Assembly (NCBI GenBank): GCA_964016885.1
Contig: OZ024741.1
Location: 177,878,001 to 177,942,000, forward strand
Source of the DNA: Eledone cirrhosa
Lineage: Eukaryota
Direction of reading: 5' to 3'
Length of the DNA stretch: 64,000 nt
Shown here: positions 26,101 through 39,487 of the stretch, piece by piece
Layout: each line of letters starts with the position of its first letter
Position numbering within the stretch: position 1 is the stretch's first letter
Notes under the pieces: generated by a model
Told to the model about the DNA's origin: nothing
The model's input: only the letters and a program-made list of their open reading frames with translations
Database searches by the model: none
Program-made: the position numbers and the translations under genes

Positions 26101-26156
26101 TTATTGCCGACAGCCGTTTCGTCCGACCCCATGGTGGGACTTATCAAGGCATATAA
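26101..26156 (-). ncRNA. Minimal type I hammerhead ribozyme, U3-A8 core variant
   Basis: Minus strand: TTATATGCC-TTGATAA-GTCC CACCATGGGGTC GGAC-GAAAC-GGCT-GTC-GGCAATAA (stem I, core, stem II, GAAA, short stem III, GUC site). Confidence 0.72.
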
Positions 26157-26528
26157 CATGTGATTGCAAGATCATTGTTTACATCAACGTATCACTCAAG
26201 GCTAGCAGTTTAAAATTGTTGTATACATCAGCAACTCCGCTTTAAGGGGGCTCTTTTATATTAGTTGTCGGGGTCAGGGATTGAAGTTTAAAAATTAGAC
26301 AAAAATATATAATTTACGCATCATTACACCAACACATCACCAATCTCCTTCCACTCAAATTAGAAGCTACATCCTTAGCGAGTATAAATGATAAGTAAGT
26401 ATGTTTTGAAACAGTGAGCAGGTTTTGACATTAGAAAATAGAATAACTTTCACCGTATTTTTGACAAAATAAATGTTTGCCTGATATTGAAGTTTAGAAC
26501 CCTCAGATAAATAGAAAAAGATGAGTAT

Positions 26529-26599
26529 TGACGTACATGGGAGTCGAACCCACATCTTTCGTTATCCAGACCACTGTGCTACCATTACACCAACACATC
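26529..26599 (-). tRNA. tRNA-like cloverleaf (pseudo-tRNA/Pol III unit); further minus-strand copies at 26790-26860 and 27047-27117
   Basis: 71 nt, A box TGGTGTAATGG, B box GGTTCGACTCC, weak anticodon arm, T5 just downstream. Confidence 0.4.
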
Positions 26600-27375
26600 A
26601 CCCATCTCTTTCCACTCAAATTAGAAGCTACATTCTTAGCGAGTATAAATTACAAGTAAGTATGTTTTGAAACAGTGAGCAGGTTTTGAAATTAGAAAAT
26701 AGAATAGCTTTCACCGTATTTTTTACTAATACAATTCTAGCCTGATAATGGGGTTTAGAACCCTCAGGTAAATGGAAAAAGATGAATATTGACGTAGATG
26801 GGAGTCGAACCTACATATTTGATTATCCAGACCACTGTGCTACCATTACACCAACACATCACCCATCTCCTTCCACGCAAATTAGAAGCTACATTCTTAG
26901 CGAGTATAAATGACAAGTATGTTTTGAAACAGTGACAAGGTTTTGAAATTTAAAAATAGAATAGCTTTCACCGTATTTTTGACTAAAGAAATGTTAGCCT
27001 GATAATGGGGTTTAGAAGCCTCAGATAAATGGAAAAAGATGACTACTGACGTACATGGGAGTCGAACCCACATCTTTCGTTATCCAGACCACTGTGCTAC
27101 CATTACACCAACACATCACCCATCTCCTTCCACTCAAATTAGAAGCTACATTCTTAGCGAGTATAAATGACAAGTATGTTTTGAAACAGTGAGCAGGTTT
27201 TGAAATTAGAAAATAGAATAGCTTTCACCGTATTTCTGACTAAGGAATTTTAACCTGATAATGGGGTTTATTCTATTTTCTAATTTCAAAACCTGCTCAC
27301 TGTTTCAAAACATACTTACTTCTCATTTATACTCGCTAAGAATGTAGCTTCTAATTTGAGTGGAAGGAGATTGGT

Positions 27376-27446
27376 GATGTGTTGGTGTAATGGTAGCACA
27401 GTGGTCTGGATAATCAAAGATGTGGGTTCGACTCCCATGTACGTCA
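27376..27446 (+). tRNA. tRNA-like cloverleaf in the inverted unit (nominal anticodon GGA, short variable loop; probably non-canonical)
   Basis: GATGTGT/GTACGTC acceptor, GTGT/GCAC D stem, GTGGG-TTCGACT-CCCAT T arm, TTTTT at 27456-27460. Confidence 0.4.
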
Positions 27447-27581
27447 ATACTCATCTTTTTCCATTTATCTGAGGGTTCTAATCCCCATTATCAGGCTAAA
27501 ATTTCTTAATAAAAAATACGGTGAAAGCTATTCTATTTTCTAATATATATATACAGATATATATATATATATGTGTGTGTG

Positions 27582-27613
<32 letters not shown>

Positions 27614-28584
27614 TGCATATATATATATATATATATGGGGGGGGGGTATGTGTTAGTGTGTGTGTGAAAATGCACACATATGTATCCAGGTATGTATGTA
27701 ATTTGATATTAGTGTGTATATCTGACTATGAATAGGCATTCTAAAATTACATGCAATATAAATGGAGTTTTACATTTATCTGTCCTCATTTTACTAGCGT
27801 CTAAGTCTCACAAGCCGTTTTTACTCATAAAGTTCCATATAGTGACTTGGTCTTAATACACCCCATACTTGTTAACGTACGGATTCATATAGCTAATTAT
27901 GAGTTTTAATATAAAATAGAATCATAGAAAAATATAGTAGTAAACTGATATTGTGTTACATCTTATTGCATTAGTTAATATTTTGCTATATGAACTGTCA
28001 TGCTCTATTATGTTATATTATTGTGGATTATATTTTGTCTTATTCTAACATATACGTTATATTATATATAATACGTGTGTATACATTTCTACCTGTCTGT
28101 ATATATATATATATATATATATACACACAGTCACATACATATATATATGTACCTATGTGTATGCATACAAACATGCTGGTTCCTTGGAGTATTAATTGCA
28201 CTTACAGTATTCCACGATAAAAATAAAAATAATTATTAAAAATTATTATTAAAATGCTTCATCGGTAAACACTCTTCTGAAGTGATACCATTAGCCAAGT
28301 CTTGATCATTAATTCACTGGAAAATTTTGAGTATAATTTGACACATTTAACTCAAGGCAATTATTTATTTGGCCATGTTAATAGGCCGAAACACCACCTC
28401 GCTCAATTAACAACCCTTTACTAATTTGGGGTTTGTCGTGTGAAATCAAATCTTTGAATTTAAAATTTAAAATTCATATTACAAACATTAGAATATGAAT
28501 TTAACCAATTTAATATGAATTTGATATGAATTTAACCAATTAAACCCTCTAAATATATTGGATTTTTTAATCAGATTAATATTG

Positions 28585-28781
28585 GTTTCTTAAATAGACA
28601 CAAGGCCAACAATTTTGAGGTTGGGAAAAGTCGATTAAATCAACCCCAGTGCGTGACAGGTACTTTATTTTATCGACCCTGGAAGGATGAAAGACAAAAT
28701 TAACCTCGGCAGGATTTTAACTCAGAACGTAAAGGGACGTAACTCTATGCTGATAAGTATGGCGTCCGACCCTCTAACGAT
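28585..28781 (-). mobile_element. SINE (longer-body variant)
   Basis: Reverse complement of the family body, B box and head. Confidence 0.8.
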
Positions 28782-30702
28782 GATAATTTATGCATGATTT
28801 TTATATGTTTTACGCAAAGTTCTTACCACTCTTTCAGCTAACAAACAATATTATTCAAATTATATAAGATAAACATATTAATAATATTATGAATAATAAT
28901 GTGGTAATGCTTTTTACCCTAATATATAATTACAATTTTCATTCAGCATCATGTCATCCTTTGTCTTATTTCTGATTTCTTAGACATCTGTAGATTTTGA
29001 GTAATGAACATTTTGAACGTTACAACAACTCTATGTACAGATTTGTTTTTATTTAATGGCTTGCTTTACGCCCAGTGTTTGATATGGGACCTATGCCTAT
29101 TACTTATTGAATTTGATAAACTTTGTACCTTCTCACATCTCCTGAAGGTGTTAATAATTGCTAATTTATTATGTCCTATTGTTTTCATAGGTATGTACTA
29201 CTGCAACCTGTATTGAAGCGGACGTAGAAATTAAAGAATAGGTTTACATTTTTAAACTTATTCTTTTGTCGTATTGAATATTTATGCTCTGCTTCCTGAA
29301 CTGTTCTCAACAATAAATATTTTAACTTTTGAAGACTTATTCTTCTGTTTTAAATTCTTTATGAGCTTAGGATTTTAGTATGCATAATGCTTCACTCATC
29401 TTACGAAAAGTAACAGTGGAACACGCCAATATTATTACCTATATATATATATATGTGTCAGTGTGTGTTTGTGTGCATGAAACTACTAGTCGCTACTTTT
29501 GGTTATTTGACTATAGTAATTATATATATATATATATATATATATCTTCCTCTCACTCTTTCTCTCTCCCTCTTCTCTCTCTCCCTCTCCCTCTCTCTGA
29601 TATGTATGTATGTGTCGCTATTTCCCATGTTATTCTGAATCAGTATGCACATATTTGGAACAAGTTACATATCTCAAACACATTTCTCCTCCTCACTATA
29701 TTTTTCTCCAAATATGTATTCTTGTATGACAGACCTCTCCCATGTACCTAACCATTTGCATTAAATTGTAGCATCTATCGTTATTGTCTTCTCACTCGTA
29801 CAGTCCGCTCAGCCGTGTAACTATAACGAACGCTGTAACATACTCTAACACAATATGGAATATAACATCTTCTAAATGCAACCAGGCGATCAAAAAATGA
29901 AATATAAGCTCTGTTGAAAAAGTTTGCTTAGAATTAAAATTGTAGTTTGAATGGCAGAATTAATTATATTTATGTAACAAAACTACGCTTACATTTTTCT
30001 TCAATGTTTACCGTGCAATAATTCAGTGGAGTGACTGAGTCATTAAAACCAAAAATAGAATATTTTGTATCAATCGCTTTGTCTCTCTGCGCTCTGAGTT
30101 CGAAATCCGCCGAGATCAAATTTGTCTTTCAAACTTTCGATGTCGATGAAAAATATGCCTCTTCCATAACTCTCATTTAATCTATGTAGGAAATCGGCTG
30201 TGTTGAAACTGAAGGCATATCTGGCAATACAATGCTATTACAAACCCACCAGAAGCTATGTGCACATACATATATTGTCATTTAGATTCATTGCACGAGG
30301 ATATTTCATACACAGTATTAAACCATATATAATAGTTATTTACGTTAATGAAAGATGTGCGGCCTGCTATATAAAATAGTAGAAACGCATAGTATATCAT
30401 TAGTCACATTATATAACAAAAAATTCTATTTTTAGATATATAATAAATTAGTTGGAAAGAGCAAAGACATAACAAATGTGTTTTCGTCTTTCTTTTTCTA
30501 TAATTTAGTTGCAAATCTATAGAAAAAAATTAAGAAGCAGATTTTTAATCTCCTATATAGATTTATAATCATGAACCCTCTTAACGATATAGCTTGAACT
30601 GAAACAACCACCTTAATATCTTTGTTGTCTTTTCTTGTGTGTGTTATATATATATATATAAATGTATGTGTGTGTGTGTATGTGTATGTATCTGTGTGTC
30701 TG

Positions 30703-30744
<42 letters not shown>

Positions 30745-31590
30745 ATATAGGGGGTTCTCTTGTGTGAGTGTGTATGTGTCTGTATATTGTTATATCTGGG
30801 TATCACCATTTTCGTCAATATTGCCAATAAAACACACGCATACTTTGAATTTCACTTTAGCGTTATTATTAATTAGATGTTTAGTCAAAGTTACTTTGTC
30901 ACACATTCCCTGACATATACAATAAATATTTTCCTCTGTGCCATCTCTTCTTACTGCCCTTATTTTGCTTACCCCACCGTGTCTTTCTGTTGTACGTTTA
31001 CTTGAACATGTTTGCGTCTGCACCTCTGTGGTGTACCTGTCGTTCTGTTGTGCATATGTATGTGAGTGTTGCTTAAGGTTTGTACCTTCATGTTTTCATG
31101 CGTGCTTTTCTGTCCCCAGTGATTAGTTTGTGAGGTGGTTGTGTTACTATCCCATTCGTGTTTTCTGTCGAGGTCCAGTCTACTCTATTATGCGTATGGC
31201 CGCCGTAATTTGTCAAGCACATTTACGAGCAGAGATACTTAATTTATATTGCGCGAGACTGCAATTATGTGTAGTCCCCTCTGTTGTAAATCGTGTGTAA
31301 CTACATTCCGGTACGAGGCCTGAAGATGTACCATGATGTGTGTGTGATTTTGTTTCGTTCATATTCATTTTCTCAATTTTCTTCCTTTTCTCCATTCGCA
31401 CTATCACTTCTCCCGACCAACACACGTTTATTCCTTTCCTTTGAGGTACGATTTTATCCGACGCCTCCATTAACGGCATTTTTATGTTTTGGCAGCTATT
31501 CTTGCGTTGAGATTTTCTCATTATTATACGAATCCTTGTACACTTGCACCTCAACTCGATTCGAGAAAACTTTATTTATATATATATATA

Positions 31591-31704
31591 TAGGAAAATG
31601 TTTGACCCCGACGGCAGAGCTCAAGCCGTTTCGACAGCTATTTCTGTCCAGAAATAGCCGTCGAAAGGGCGTGAGATCTGCCGTTTGGGTGAAACATTTT
31701 CCTA
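31591..31704. repeat. Imperfect palindrome (56-bp arms) starting a short insertion between (TA)n tracts
   Basis: TAGGAAAATGTTT...GCTATTTCTG-TC-CAGAAATAGC...AAACATTTTCCTA. Confidence 0.85.
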
Positions 31705-31767
31705 TTTCCCACTCTACTACACTAAGTATTGAGTACTCCGGTGAGTTATGGTCCACTCTTCCTTCGT

Positions 31768-31869
<102 letters not shown>

Positions 31870-32099
31870 GAAGAGAGAAGAAACATTTTATTACTAATTA
31901 TATCTAAATGTTTCTTCTCTCTCCATAATGTATTTTTAACTCTGATACTGGTTCAGTCTAGTTCAACTGAATTGGTCTGTCCCAGTCATTCATTGAGCAA
32001 CATCGGTGAAGTTGGCACCCTTAACTCACAGTTGGGTGCGGATGCATTCATGTATATATGTGTGTGTCCGCATGTATCTGTGTGTTTCTAAATATATTG

Positions 32100-32201
<102 letters not shown>

Positions 32202-32216
32202 GTATATATATATATT

Positions 32217-32786
<570 letters not shown>

Positions 32787-33410
32787 TATATATTTATATA
32801 TATATATATTAGTGTGTGTATCGTATTTCACCTAGTTGTGGTTGGGGTGATAACGTTGTTAGAACTTAATGTGTCCATGGAATGATGGTTATAGGGAGAT
32901 TTTGCTGTGCGACCAGTAGTTTTTGCAGTATGTGACCACCACTTAAGGTTTCCTCGAAGAAAATGCGGCCAGATTACAGAATCATTTCTATATATGTGTT
33001 TGTACATAGAACAATGAAAAAAAGACAGAAGTCAGAGGTAGGTTTTTAATTGGTTCATCGTTTTACGATCATTTCAGTGGGTCGATTGACCGTAGAAGAT
33101 CAATGTATTGACTAGCATGGTATTGGTTAGACTACTAAATATTTCTAGTCTCGAAATTATGGAACTCTGATTTCATTTGCTACACACATACACATAAGTA
33201 TAATGATATATATATATATATATATAAAGATATAAAGAGGCGGAGTCGCGTCATTTGTGTGTCTCAATGGTTGAGGAAATAAAGGAGTGGTGGATGCGTG
33301 AAATAAACGTAGAAGACATAGAACGCATATAAAGGGTGCTTAAACAAAGATAGATAATACAAATAATAATAAGAGGAATAGTGGTTGTAATACTGCTACT
33401 TATAATAACG

Positions 33411-33820
33411 GTTTCTTATATAGGCACAAGGCCAGCATTTTTTGGGAGACGGAAAAGTCGATGAAATTGACCCCAGTACGTGACTGGTACTTTATTTTAT
33501 CGACCCCGTAAGGATGAAAGGCAAAGTTAACCTCGGCGGTATTTGAACTCATACCATAAAGGGACGTAACTTTTTGCTACAAAGCATGGCGTCCGACCCT
33601 CTACCAATACTGCCAATCCACCGCAAATAGCAATAATTGTTTCTATATTAGGCACAAGGACAGCAATTACCCAGTACATTACTGGTACTTTATTTTATCG
33701 ACCACGTAAGGATGAAAGGCAAAGTTAACCTCGGCAGGATTTGAACTCAGATCATAAAGGGACGTAACTCTATGCTTCAAATCATGGTGTCCGACTCTCT
33801 ACCGACACTGCCAACCCACC
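33411..33820 (-). mobile_element. Two SINE copies in tandem (33411-33624 and 33633-33820)
   Basis: Both match the family consensus; one long-body and one short-body variant. Confidence 0.85.
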
Positions 33821-34658
33821 AGTAATAATGGTAGTAAGATAGGATACGGTTATCGGAGTTGTAGTGGGTAGATCATTCTCTTTAAGTGTTATGGTAATTT
33901 GATGGAGTTGTGTGTTTTAACCAGTTGAACCAAACTAGCCGAAGGCGATGGTTTGTGGGGTCATAAATAATATAGAAGTTTAGTGTGGTCAAAAGTGGCT
34001 GTCATCATTCAGAAGCCGTGCTGATAACGTTTGTACTTTCAATAACTGGGTAATGCCTTCATTTGTGATCAGGTTTAGGAGGGAGGTAGTTTATCTACCT
34101 CGAAATAACATCATATAAACATTTCTGCCAGATATACACAAGGAAATACATTCTCTCATACGAGCATGTAAGGATCGATTCACAAACATCCAGACACTCA
34201 CACAGCCACACGTATCCATAGACAGGAGAATTTTAAATGGGAATTTATAGCCGATCTTACACATAGCTGGCCGTATGACCACATGTACACATCGAATGAC
34301 ACCGCTCAGTGTATTGATCAATAAATCAGATACTTGGAAAAGTATTCAAAGCTTGTATTTGTATCCATCCCATAGATCCGGGTATAAGTATCCGCTCCTA
34401 CGCACATACAGACACATATATATGGTCATATTTCATTACGGGCCTACCTATAGAAACACTCCTACATATGACTCTGTACCCTTATGTACATAAACGTAAG
34501 CTCACAGAAGAAAAGTGACATGCCTGCATGCACACATACACGAACCGGGGACAGGCATATAGGTGTACATATATATACACCCACAGAGACACGTTCCCTC
34601 GTACGGAGGTATGTACGCATATGCATAGGCATATAAACACACGCAGATATGTCTAACA

Positions 34659-35119
34659 GAGAGGTTCTCAAACTTTTGGGGCCAGGTAATACCCTCAGCG
34701 CCTCCCACTATCAGTCTATGATGATACATCCAAACCTTACTAGCAGAGAAACTGGACATTAAACAATGGTGGTGATGATGTTAGTCTATCATTAGTAACA
34801 GGTGTAAAAAGAATGTGATTTTTCCAATAAGAATAGACATCTATGAGATCGTGTAGAATCTATACAATCTCATAGATGTCTTTATTATAGATGTCTATAT
34901 GTCTTTATTATAGATGTCTATATAAATGCTTAATATACATACGCAATATATTTATAAATAAAAGAAAAAAACAAGCTATTTATTGTTTAAAATTTAAACA
35001 ATAAATAGCTTGTTTTTTGGGTTTTTTTAATACCAGACTGTCGCCCCCGAACCACCCACCGATATCAAAGCACCGGCCCTAGTGGGAGGGGGCGGTACCG
35101 CCCACTTTGGGAAACAATG
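34659..35119. mobile_element. hAT (Charlie-like) non-autonomous element
   Basis: Ends GAGAGGTTCTCAAACT / ACTTTGGGAAACAATG; degenerate 8-bp TSD GTCTAACA / CGCTAACA. Confidence 0.45.
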
Positions 35120-35179
35120 CGCTAACATATACACCCACCCGTAGACGCACACACGTTAGCACACACATACACACACACA

Positions 35180-35228
<49 letters not shown>

Positions 35229-35249
35229 TATATATACATATATATATAA

Positions 35250-35351
35250 TAATTGTTTCTACTTTTGGCACAAGGCCATCAATTACCCAGTAAATTACTG
35301 GTACTTTATTTTATCGCCCCCGTAAAGATGAAATGCAAAGTTAACCTCGGC
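35250..35351 (-). mobile_element. SINE, 3' half
   Basis: Family tail and body. Confidence 0.78.
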
Positions 35352-35499
35352 GTAATACAAGGTAGATTTGTTATGCCTTCATTACGTTTATTGTTATTTT
35401 TTATTACACTGTCTAGCACTACACCTCACTACTGACCTGAACCTAAATATCGAGCGCTCACCTGAGTGAACCTATAGTAACTTCACTTTACACTTACTG

Positions 35500-35550
<51 letters not shown>

Positions 35551-35639
35551 CAGGAGGCTGGTTGGTCAGTCGTCCTCTCTGTCTCTTTCTCTGATTTTTC
35601 GGATCCATGGTTTTTACATATTCCTTTATTATATTTCGA

Positions 35640-35697
35640 ATACCTGATGATATCACCGGATTCATATGGAACCCGGTCATTGAAATGATCATAGTAT
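35640..35697 (+). ncRNA. Type I hammerhead ribozyme with canonical CUGAUGA core
   Basis: ATAC-CTGATGA-TATCACCGGATTC ATATG GAACCCGGTCATT-GAAAT-GATC-ATA-GTAT; palindromic short stem III; base of stem II imperfect. Confidence 0.7.
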
Positions 35698-35890
35698 AAT
35701 AAACCTTTCAAGGAATTACACCAGTCCAGCCTCCTGTTATTTTTCTTTATAATTAACACCGTATTCCCACCACCAACTACACACACGAAGACGAGTGAAC
35801 TGCACTGCGTTGAGTACTCTCCACAATATTACACCAAGATTGACTATACAGAATGATCAATTCTATCCAGTGGTGAACCAACAAACCTAA

Positions 35891-35927
<37 letters not shown>

Positions 35928-36379
35928 GATCACAGGTAAACAACACACGTATACAAACACGCACCTATCAAATCTAATTATATAGGCAGGTAAAGATAGA
36001 TACAGTCGGGATTACATGTAAAAATGAGTACACGCGTGTAGACAAAACAATATACATATAAAAATAAGCACACATACACGCACAAGAGATATATATCCAC
36101 ACGATTTCTAAAGGCCACAGGCTGTCATCGATGCTGTATATCAGATTCCTATGGTACATGCGCGTATTATGTTATGGCGTTAGGCAAATGTGCTCGGTTG
36201 TGGATTAAAGTGGATAGGTATTACTTGGGGGTGGATGGGTGACCGAATGCATGCACGCATTTAATCTGGGTATAATGTGAACAGAGAGGTATACATTTGA
36301 CGTGTGTATAGCTTGAACAGAGCAGTAATTGTATGGGTAAATAGCTGAAAAATGTGAAGCCTTCCGATATCAACCTGTG

Positions 36380-37030
36380 AAAACAATGACAGCACAATGA
36401 AGCTACAACCGACCAGGGGGGAACGAAATACCCGTGTCGACATCGATACGAGACCCGGGTATAGACATGAGCGACAATGCATCCTTCACACATCATGAAA
36501 TGGCGATAATATGCAGACGAATAGCTGGCTGGATCTTGATCACTTTCAAGAGAAATCAGTTGGTACTGCGGAGGATATTTGTCCTAAGCCGACTGCACTA
36601 TTGCTCCCAGCTGTAATCACCCCATCTTGTCAAATTTACCTAGGAGTCTGCAGCAATCCACTGAAGCTACACCAAGATGTGCGCAGTGATATGCATATGG
36701 AAGATCCTTGAAACACTAACTCCACACTTTGGTACTGAGACCTGGTCCGACCCTCGAACAGGACATCACGTCTTTCACATCTAGAGTAAGAAGCAAATAT
36801 TGAAATAACTTGGGGTTCATAGGCCATCAATTCTTTAATATGCTGCCAAGAAAATTGAGAGATATACATGCATGATTTCAAGAAACACTCGGCTATCCAG
36901 GATCTCAGATGAACCCATCGCACGGAATGAAGGTAACCTAAAGACAGCAGCAACGAACTCCCTCCTACATCAGTGGCTAGCCAACGCAGACTGAATATAG
37001 AAAGTGAAACAACAAGAGCGGTGCCCCAGT
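36380..37030 (+). mobile_element. CR1-group LINE 3' relic
   Basis: CRRIAGWILITF...FVLSRLHYCSQL*SP resembles the CR1/L2 post-RT motif (xRxxLEYCxxxWSP). Confidence 0.55.
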
Positions 37031-37419
37031 ATAGCCTCAGCCGGATGGCTGGCACAAGTACAAAAAGATATAATTTATTCGAAGATCACCGTTTGCCACT
37101 TGTTCCATGATTTTACAGAAATTGTATTTCGTAAACACAAGTCCGTATATCAGAACGCAGACTATTAGTTGGATAGCGGTAGAAATGGACTTGTGTGGGA
37201 GCATAATTAATTTTTGACCCCCGGCCACGTGATTTCATTACCGATCCCCATGCAGGTAGGATTGGTATTCTATTGAGGACGGTATTCTATCGAGGACGTC
37301 TGTTCACGACGGCAGTGGTGACGGAGTGTAGAAGTCCAAGAGAGCAGCAGCACCACGTGACATTCCAAAGAGGAGAGCCGTCGGGGCTAGTTGATGAGAC
37401 TAACCACTCTTTTGGAAAT

Positions 37420-37830
37420 TGAATCCAAACTAACTAGCTCACGCGGGGCTCTCACTACGCGGACAACTATCTAGGAGACGACCTAGAGAACACAACAGAC
37501 GTTGCTCGCTGGCCAACTGCCCCCATCGATAACACAGACATATGTCATCAAGGATACGCCATTTACATATTCCAGTGTGATAAATGCGACAACTTCTATA
37601 TAGGTAGCACCACCAGAAACCTACACATCAGGATTAAGGATAAAATCAACATTAAAGCTTCCTCATTCAAGAAACAATTAGAGAAAGGCAAAAACACCAC
37701 AAAAAAAAAATAACAGTTAAGTTTGAAACAAACGAAAGAAACATCGGTAATCTCAGAATTAAGGAAGCATTTATCATATCCAGAACACACCCGCCGATTA
37801 TTAATAGACTAAAACTAAGTACACAATATC
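37420..37830 (+). mobile_element. Penelope-like GIY-YIG endonuclease fragment (absent from the ORF track)
   Basis: Manual translation near 37540-37650: ICHQGYAIYIFQCDKCDNFYIGSTTRNLHIRIKD; Cys motif upstream, IKEA..PIIN downstream. Confidence 0.72.
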
Positions 37831-38599
37831 TAACATAGAACTAAGCACACAACACCTAACTTAGAAGGCTACTGGACTCTACATATACGGGCACACATAG
37901 GCCCGCTTAGGAGCACATTATCTATCCGGGAAAAATCGTGTATATGACTTCATGTGTTTACACGATTCTACCCATGCGTGTTTACGTATTTCCGTGCGCG
38001 CTTACACGGACACATGCATGCGTCCACGTGTATGTCACCACGTATTACTATATATATACGTCTAAGCGGATTTAAAAAGAAACAACTCTATGATTTTTTG
38101 ACCTGTCCAGGCCTTAATTTTAACACAAAAGAGGTTAGAAAAAAAAAATAATGGTAAAACCACATCCGCCCAGCATGGTATAGCAAGCCACCTCGGACAC
38201 TGGAATATTTACTTTATTTTCCTTGGAAGAAAAGATATTACTCTCGAAATATCAGGACATATGAATAAATTAAGGTAATAAACAGGCCCTGTTTCTTACG
38301 ATTTAATAATTGTCATAGTTTTCAGACAATATTTACCCGGGAATATCTACCGAAAACAGCATCACCGGGCGATGCCTTTCAAATCATATTTGGACAACAT
38401 GGCCCACTCAAGTAGAGAGTTATTGTTTACGGAGATATATCAAGGTGCAGGAGGTTTATCCGGGTGTTTTCTGGGAGGAATTTGTCCAAAGAATGTTCGA
38501 ATTTTATGGGATCTGTATTTGTTTTAATGTGTTTTGGTTAAAGAAAGTGGTACATGTTGAGGCGAAATAATTGCTGCGTAATGTTGAGATGCGAGTTTG

Positions 38600-38800
38600 C
38601 TTTTTCTTTTAACGGGGCCCATGCTTTAGTTGTACATTAATGGGCATTGGTGATGGAATATTTTCCATATTATATGCAAAATATAACGCTCACTGCCGCG
38701 TTGGAGAGAGTGAAGTTTGAGCTTTTCTAGTCGACCCCAATGGTCAAGGTCTGTCATTGCGTCTATTTTCTTTGTTATTGAGCTTTGTGGTACTTCAATT
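38600..38800 (-). mobile_element. CR1-group LINE fragment
   Basis: DHWGRLEKLKLHSLQR.SERY...WK resembles YxERLxxLxLxSLExRR. Confidence 0.55.
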
Positions 38801-38914
38801 TTCATAATACGTTGTTTCGTGTGGAGAGACCAGAGTGGAGAACAGCATATGTATCTATGTGTATTTATATAGGTAAATACATTTGTAACTCTCTCTATAT
38901 ATATGTGCGTGTGT

Positions 38915-38984
<70 letters not shown>

Positions 38985-39280
38985 TTCAAGAGTAACCAAT
39001 CTTAAAGAGAGAGATGGAGGTAGGAGAGGAGATAGGAGAGGAGAGATTGGTGAATTAGTTAGAAGCCAAAGCGTAAAGGCATGTGCTCAATGTGCAATAT
39101 GCAGTGGAAAGCAGCTAGGTGGCTGGGTTCATGCAGAAGTTAGGCGCGTAGAGCTGGAAATATTCAAGAGTTAAGGAAAACAAGACCATAAATTTCACAA
39201 GGAAGACATTATTAAAAGATTGTCAAGATATTTTAGTTTGATATAAGGAATGTAGAGAATAATAATAATAATATTAATAA

Positions 39281-39470
39281 TAATTGTTTCTACTTTAGGC
39301 ACAAGGCCAGCAATTACCCAGTACATTACTGGTACTTTATTTTATCGACCCCGTAAGGATGAAAGGCAAAGTTAACCTCGGCGGGATTTGAACTCAGAAT
39401 GTAAAGGGACGTAACTAGGCTAGAAAGCATGGCGTCCAACCCTCTACCGATACTGCCAATTCACCGCCCT
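39281..39470 (-). mobile_element. SINE, full length, inside (TAA)n
   Basis: Close to family consensus; (AAT)n on both sides. Confidence 0.88.
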
Positions 39471-39487
39471 TATTAATAATAATAATG

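Larger units (their letters stand above)
26322..27544. repeat. ~260-bp tandem array (3.6 units) plus one inverted unit, each full unit carrying a tRNA-like sequence
   Basis: Unit starts at 26322, 26583, 26844 and 27101; inverted unit at 27269-27544. Confidence 0.93.

Noticed and set aside
26322-27544. CRISPR-like array, or a hammerhead inside each 260-bp unit (CTGATAA followed by a hairpin)
   Set aside because: Whole units repeat with no unique spacers and the context is eukaryotic; no GAAA, stem III or stem I follows the CTGATAA hairpin.
31310-31365. Hammerhead starting at CTGAAGA
   Set aside because: No matching stem II closure or GAAA could be found.
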